Positions 60,594 to 64,000 of a DNA stretch of 64,000 nt are shown piece after piece; positions within the stretch are counted from its first letter, which is position 1; every line of letters begins with the position of its first letter. The position numbers and the translations under genes were made by a program. The DNA lies in NCBI GenBank assembly GCA_044224875.1, contig JBGAJQ010000012.1, positions 39,564 to 103,563 on the forward strand. Direction: 5' to 3'. The notes under the pieces are model-generated. The model worked only from the letters and a program-made list of their open reading frames with translations, was not told the DNA's origin and searched no databases. This stretch comes from Gemmatimonadaceae bacterium (GTDB taxonomy: Bacteria; Gemmatimonadota; Gemmatimonadetes; Gemmatimonadales; Gemmatimonadaceae).

Positions 60594-60916
60594 GGTCGGT
60601 CCAACACGGGCGATAGTCCCCGACTCAAGGCGCGGAGCGCAGACAACGCGTCGCGCAACGCGGACCTCCCCGCGGCCTGTACCTTGTAGAGCTTCTTTCG
60701 CCGTCCCCCTCGCGTCGGTGTCGGCGCCCCTTCATATGAAGTGATCAGCCCCTTTTCCTCGAGCCGAGCTAACGTCGAATAGACCGCCCCCAAGGTGAGC
60801 GCGCGGTCACTGTGCCGGGCGATCTCCTGCTGAACGGCAATGCCATAGGCGTCCCCGTCTCGCCGGAGGATGGCCAGCAGCACCAGCTGCTCGAGTTCTC
60901 CCAGTCCGTTGCTCAT
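60590..60916 (-). CDS. padR: PadR family transcriptional regulator
   Basis: LGELEQLVLLA, AYGIAV, GAVYSTLARLEEKG, RGGRRKKLY; RBS AGGAG. Confidence 0.92.
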   Translation of the reverse strand: MSNGLGELEQLVLLAILRRDGDAYGIAVQQEIARHSDRALTLGAVYSTLARLEEKGLITSYEGAPTPTRGGRRKKLYKVQAAGRSALRDALSALRALSRGLSPVLDRP

Positions 60917-61144
60917 GCGATTTCTCCTGAATTCCAGAAGATATGGACAGCGTGATCGCGGCGATGGTTTGCAGCATCGCCGGCAAACAGGCGATCTGCC
61001 GTGCCCAAGCGTTGAAATTCAGGTTCTACTCATGTTTGCCCGCGCTCTGTCCCCGGGGGCGGCAGCGTAACCTCCACGTGCCACGTTATTGCGGTAGTTT
61101 GCCTGCCCCGCCCAATACCTCGTCCCCGTCCCTTGCAACACGCC

Positions 61145-64000
61145 ATGCGCATCCCCTTCCTCCTCGTCGCCACGCTCGCCGTCAGTCCAGCGGTTCGTGC
61201 GCAAGACAAGCCGCTCGAAGTCGACTCCGCCACCATCGCCGGCTTGCGTTGGAGAAACATCGGACCGGCGAACTTTCAGGGGCGTGTGAGCGATGTCGCC
61301 GGCATCCCCTCTCCCTCGAAGACGTTCTTCGTTGCGGCTGCGGCCGGAGGTATCTGGAAGTCGACCAATAACGGGCAGACCTGGCGCCCGGTGTTTGACG
61401 ACCAGCGTGTGATTTCGATGGGGATGCTGGCCATCGCTCCCAGCGACACGATGCAGGTATGGGCCGGTACCGGCGAACCAAACTCACGCAACTCGATCAC
61501 TCCCGGCGGCGGTGTCTACAAGTCCACGGACGGAGGCATCACCTGGAAGTCGATGGGACTCGAGCGCACGCAGGCCATTGGCCGCATCGTCGTCCACCCG
61601 ACGGACCCGAATATCGTGTATGTCGCCGCGTTAGGCGCACCATGGAGCACCAACAAGGAGCGCGGACTCTACAAGACCACAGATGGCGGCGCCTCCTGGG
61701 AGTTGGTGAAGTTCGTCTCCGAACGGGCCGGCATCGTCGATGTGGCGCTCGATCCATCCAATCCGGATGTCGTTTGGGCCGCGAGCTGGGAGCGCATCCG
61801 CACGCCGTACTCGCTCTATTCGGGCGGCCCGGGATCCGCCCTTTGGAAGAGCACCGACGCCGGTAAGACATGGACCGAGGTGAAGGGCAATGGATTTCCG
61901 GAAACGACCAAGGGACGCATCTCGATCGCTATTTCCCTGTCGAACCCGAAGGTGATGTACACGATGGTTGAAGCTGACACGCTTCCCAACCCGGCCCCGA
62001 AGGCCGAGAAAGGGAAGCCGGCGCCCCCCAAGAAGCCGGCGCAGAAGCGTCCCTCCGGTCTCTATCGGTCTGAAGACGGTGGCGCCACCTGGACGAGAAC
62101 GAATAGCGAAAACACCCGCCCGTTCTACTACTCGCAGGTACGTGTGCACCCCAAGAACCCGAACCGCGTGTATTGGTCGTCCACGCCGGTGAAGGTCTCC
62201 AACGATGGCGGCAAGACCGCGATGAACGCGACGGTCGGCATCCACGTCGATCATCACGCCATGTGGATCGACCCCGTCGACCCAGACCGCATGATCGTCG
62301 GCAACGACGGCGGCATCGCGATCACGTTCGACCAAGGGGGCAACTATGACTCGCCGGCCACCCTCGCGATCGGTCAGTTCTACAACCTGAGCTACGACTT
62401 TGCCGTCCCCTACAACGTGTGCGCGGGGGCGCAGGACAATGGCTCGTGGTGCGGCCCCTCGCGTCGCAAGCAAGGTGGGATCACGAACGCCATGTGGCGC
62501 ACAGTGGGCGGCGGCGACGGATTCGTCACCGCCCAGGATCCGACAGATCCGAACATCATCTACAGCGAATCGCAGGGCGGGAACATCGGCAGGCTCAACC
62601 TTGCAACGGGTGAGCGCACCAGCCTCGTGAAGCCGCAGTGGCGGCCACGTTATGACCAGTGGGAAGATTCCGTGCTCATCGAACGGGGCGACACGACCGC
62701 CCCCGAAACCTCCGCCATAAAGAAGCGCATCGCCGACCTGCGAACGCGGCAGAAGTCCGATAGCGCCATGAACGACCTGCGTTGGAACTGGAACACGCCG
62801 TACTTCATCTCGGCGCACAATCCGTCCACGCTGTATTTCGGCGCCAATCGCGTCCTCAAGTCAACAAAGCGTGGCGACGAGATGTTCCCCATCTCGTCGG
62901 ACCTGTCGGCGCAAGACACGGTCAAGATCAACGTTTCTCGACGCACGACAGGTGGCATCACGCCCGATGTCACCGGCGCCGAGACGTATGGGACCATCGT
63001 GTCGCTGAACGAGTCGACCATCCGGCCGGGCATCTTGTACGCCGGCACGGACGACGGTCGAGTGTGGCTGACCAGGAACGATGGCGGTACGTGGGAGGAG
63101 CTGACGGGCCGCTTCGCCGGCGTACCGGCGGGCACCTATGTCAGTCGAATCGAACCGTCGCCGCATGACTCCATGACGGTGTTTGTGTCGTTCGACAATC
63201 ATCGCAACGGCGACTACACGCCCTACGTCTTCATGAGCACGGACTGGGGAAAGACCTTCACGTCAATTGCCGCGAACCTGCCAACCGGCAGTGCTGACTT
63301 CGTCGACGTCATTCGCCAGGATCCGGTAAACAAGAACCTGCTGTTCGTGGGTACCGACGTGGGCGCCTACGTCTCGGTCAACATGGGTCGCAGCTGGCAG
63401 CGCTTCATGACCGGTTTTCCGACCGTGCCCGTTCACGACCTGCGGATTCACCCGCGCGATCACGAATTGATCGCTGCCACACACGGTCGGTCACTGTGGA
63501 TCGTGGACATCGCGCCCTTGCAGCAGTACAACGCGACCGTTGCTGCTGCCGACGCGCACCTCTTTGCACCGACCCCGGCAACCCAATGGGGCGAGCCACC
63601 CGTGGAGGGTCAGTCGACCGGCAACCGGTATTTCCAGACGGGACAGACGCAATACGGCGCAGCCATCTACTACAAGCTGGCCCAGCGCAGCGAGGCTCCC
63701 GTTCGCGTCGCCATACTCGACGTGCGCGGCGACACCCTCCGCACCCTGAACGGTAGCTCCAACGCCGGCTTGAACCGCGTCACGTGGGGGTATCAAGGCA
63801 AGCAACCGCCGCGGCGCGTATTGTCCGTCTCCCAAAAGCGCGATTCCACACTGCAGATGAATCGGATCTTGTTCGTCCTGGATTCAATGGAAAAGGCGGG
63901 ATCGAATGCGCAGATGGTTCAGCGACTGCGTTCGGCACTTACCAGCCCGAACTCTGCTGGCCTCCTGGGTGGTGGCGGCGGCGGCGGCGGCGGGGGTGGG
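61145..64000 (+). CDS. Secreted BNR/VPS10 (sortilin-like) repeat glycosyl-hydrolase-like protein, 3' end beyond the window (absent from the ORF track)
   Basis: Read directly: MRIPFLLVATLAVSPAVRAQ...LRWRNIGPANFQGRVSD, GGIWKSTNNGQTW, GVYKSTDGGITW, HVDHHAMWIDP, GNDGG, GGGDGF, AATHGRSLW; ends in a poly-Gly linker at the window edge. Confidence 0.9.
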   Translation, partial: MRIPFLLVATLAVSPAVRAQDKPLEVDSATIAGLRWRNIGPANFQGRVSDVAGIPSPSKTFFVAAAAGGIWKSTNNGQTWRPVFDDQRVISMGMLAIAPSDTMQVWAGTGEPNSRNSITPGGGVYKSTDGGITWKSMGLERTQAIGRIVVHPTDPNIVYVAALGAPWSTNKERGLYKTTDGGASWELVKFVSERAGIVDVALDPSNPDVVWAASWERIRTPYSLYSGGPGSALWKSTDAGKTWTEVKGNGFPETTKGRISIAISLSNPKVMYTMVEADTLPNPAPKAEKGKPAPPKKPAQKRPSGLYRSEDGGATWTRTNSENTRPFYYSQVRVHPKNPNRVYWSSTPVKVSNDGGKTAMNATVGIHVDHHAMWIDPVDPDRMIVGNDGGIAITFDQGGNYDSPATLAIGQFYNLSYDFAVPYNVCAGAQDNGSWCGPSRRKQGGITNAMWRTVGGGDGFVTAQDPTDPNIIYSESQGGNIGRLNLATGERTSLVKPQWRPRYDQWEDSVLIERGDTTAPETSAIKKRIADLRTRQKSDSAMNDLRWNWNTPYFISAHNPSTLYFGANRVLKSTKRGDEMFPISSDLSAQDTVKINVSRRTTGGITPDVTGAETYGTIVSLNESTIRPGILYAGTDDGRVWLTRNDGGTWEELTGRFAGVPAGTYVSRIEPSPHDSMTVFVSFDNHRNGDYTPYVFMSTDWGKTFTSIAANLPTGSADFVDVIRQDPVNKNLLFVGTDVGAYVSVNMGRSWQRFMTGFPTVPVHDLRIHPRDHELIAATHGRSLWIVDIAPLQQYNATVAAADAHLFAPTPATQWGEPPVEGQSTGNRYFQTGQTQYGAAIYYKLAQRSEAPVRVAILDVRGDTLRTLNGSSNAGLNRVTWGYQGKQPPRRVLSVSQKRDSTLQMNRILFVLDSMEKAGSNAQMVQRLRSALTSPNSAGLLGGGGGGGGGGG

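Larger units (their letters stand above)
876..61636. repeat. Dispersed over-represented motif CGTTAGG(C/T) on both strands
   Basis: CGTTAGGC/GCCTAACG at 3026, 3598, 4480, 6163, 9312, 13892, 16797, 21554, 24563, 28001, 29648, 59970, 61629; CGTTAGGT/ACCTAACG at 876, 7334, 10110, 29024, 30723, 32558, 41140, 56724, 59409 (manual count). Confidence 0.7.

Noticed and set aside
56726..62818. Long antisense ORFs (e.g. 56726-57961, 61631-62818; also 43316-44416, 10634-11548)
   Set aside because: Shadows of real genes caused by high GC and codon bias; no recognisable motifs
63968..64000. GGC tandem repeat at the window end
   Set aside because: In-frame poly-Gly linker of the BNR/VPS10 protein, not a separate repeat element
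1..64000. CRISPR array, tRNA, rRNA or prophage
   Set aside because: No regularly spaced repeats, cloverleaf or rRNA signatures, or phage structural genes were recognised by eye; a covariance-model scan would be needed to exclude small RNAs

Overview
GC-rich bacterial window with about 45 CDS. Gemmatimonadota-like origin is inferred from gene content: PadR + duplicated orphan permease pairs, DUF5916, BNR/VPS10 and carboxypeptidase-regulatory secreted proteins, and an ECF + Ser/Thr kinase pair. No rRNA, tRNA, CRISPR array or transposase was recognised. Main points: (1) a short Arg-rich ORF ending ...RREVVRAGSNWT lies directly upstream of a 1581-aa TPR/HD-GYP/degenerate-GGDEF/STAND-ATPase/TPR protein, a candidate peptide-sensing cyclic-dinucleotide system; (2) that gene converges on a metacaspase/alpha-beta-hydrolase fusion with repeated [TS]R[GD] linker motifs; (3) a sigma54-controlled sulfur operon (SQR, DUF1641-like, TusE, DsrE, frameshifted FadL-like channel) has a readable promoter, a terminator and an operator motif shared with its Cys-rich PAS activator; (4) a LuxR-STAND regulator sits beside a decarboxylase/methyltransferase locus with phased repeats; (5) the non-palindromic motif CGTTAGG(C/T) is strongly over-represented and repeatedly imposes rare TTA codons; (6) three genes appear decayed. 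All family assignments come from motif recognition by eye, not database searches.
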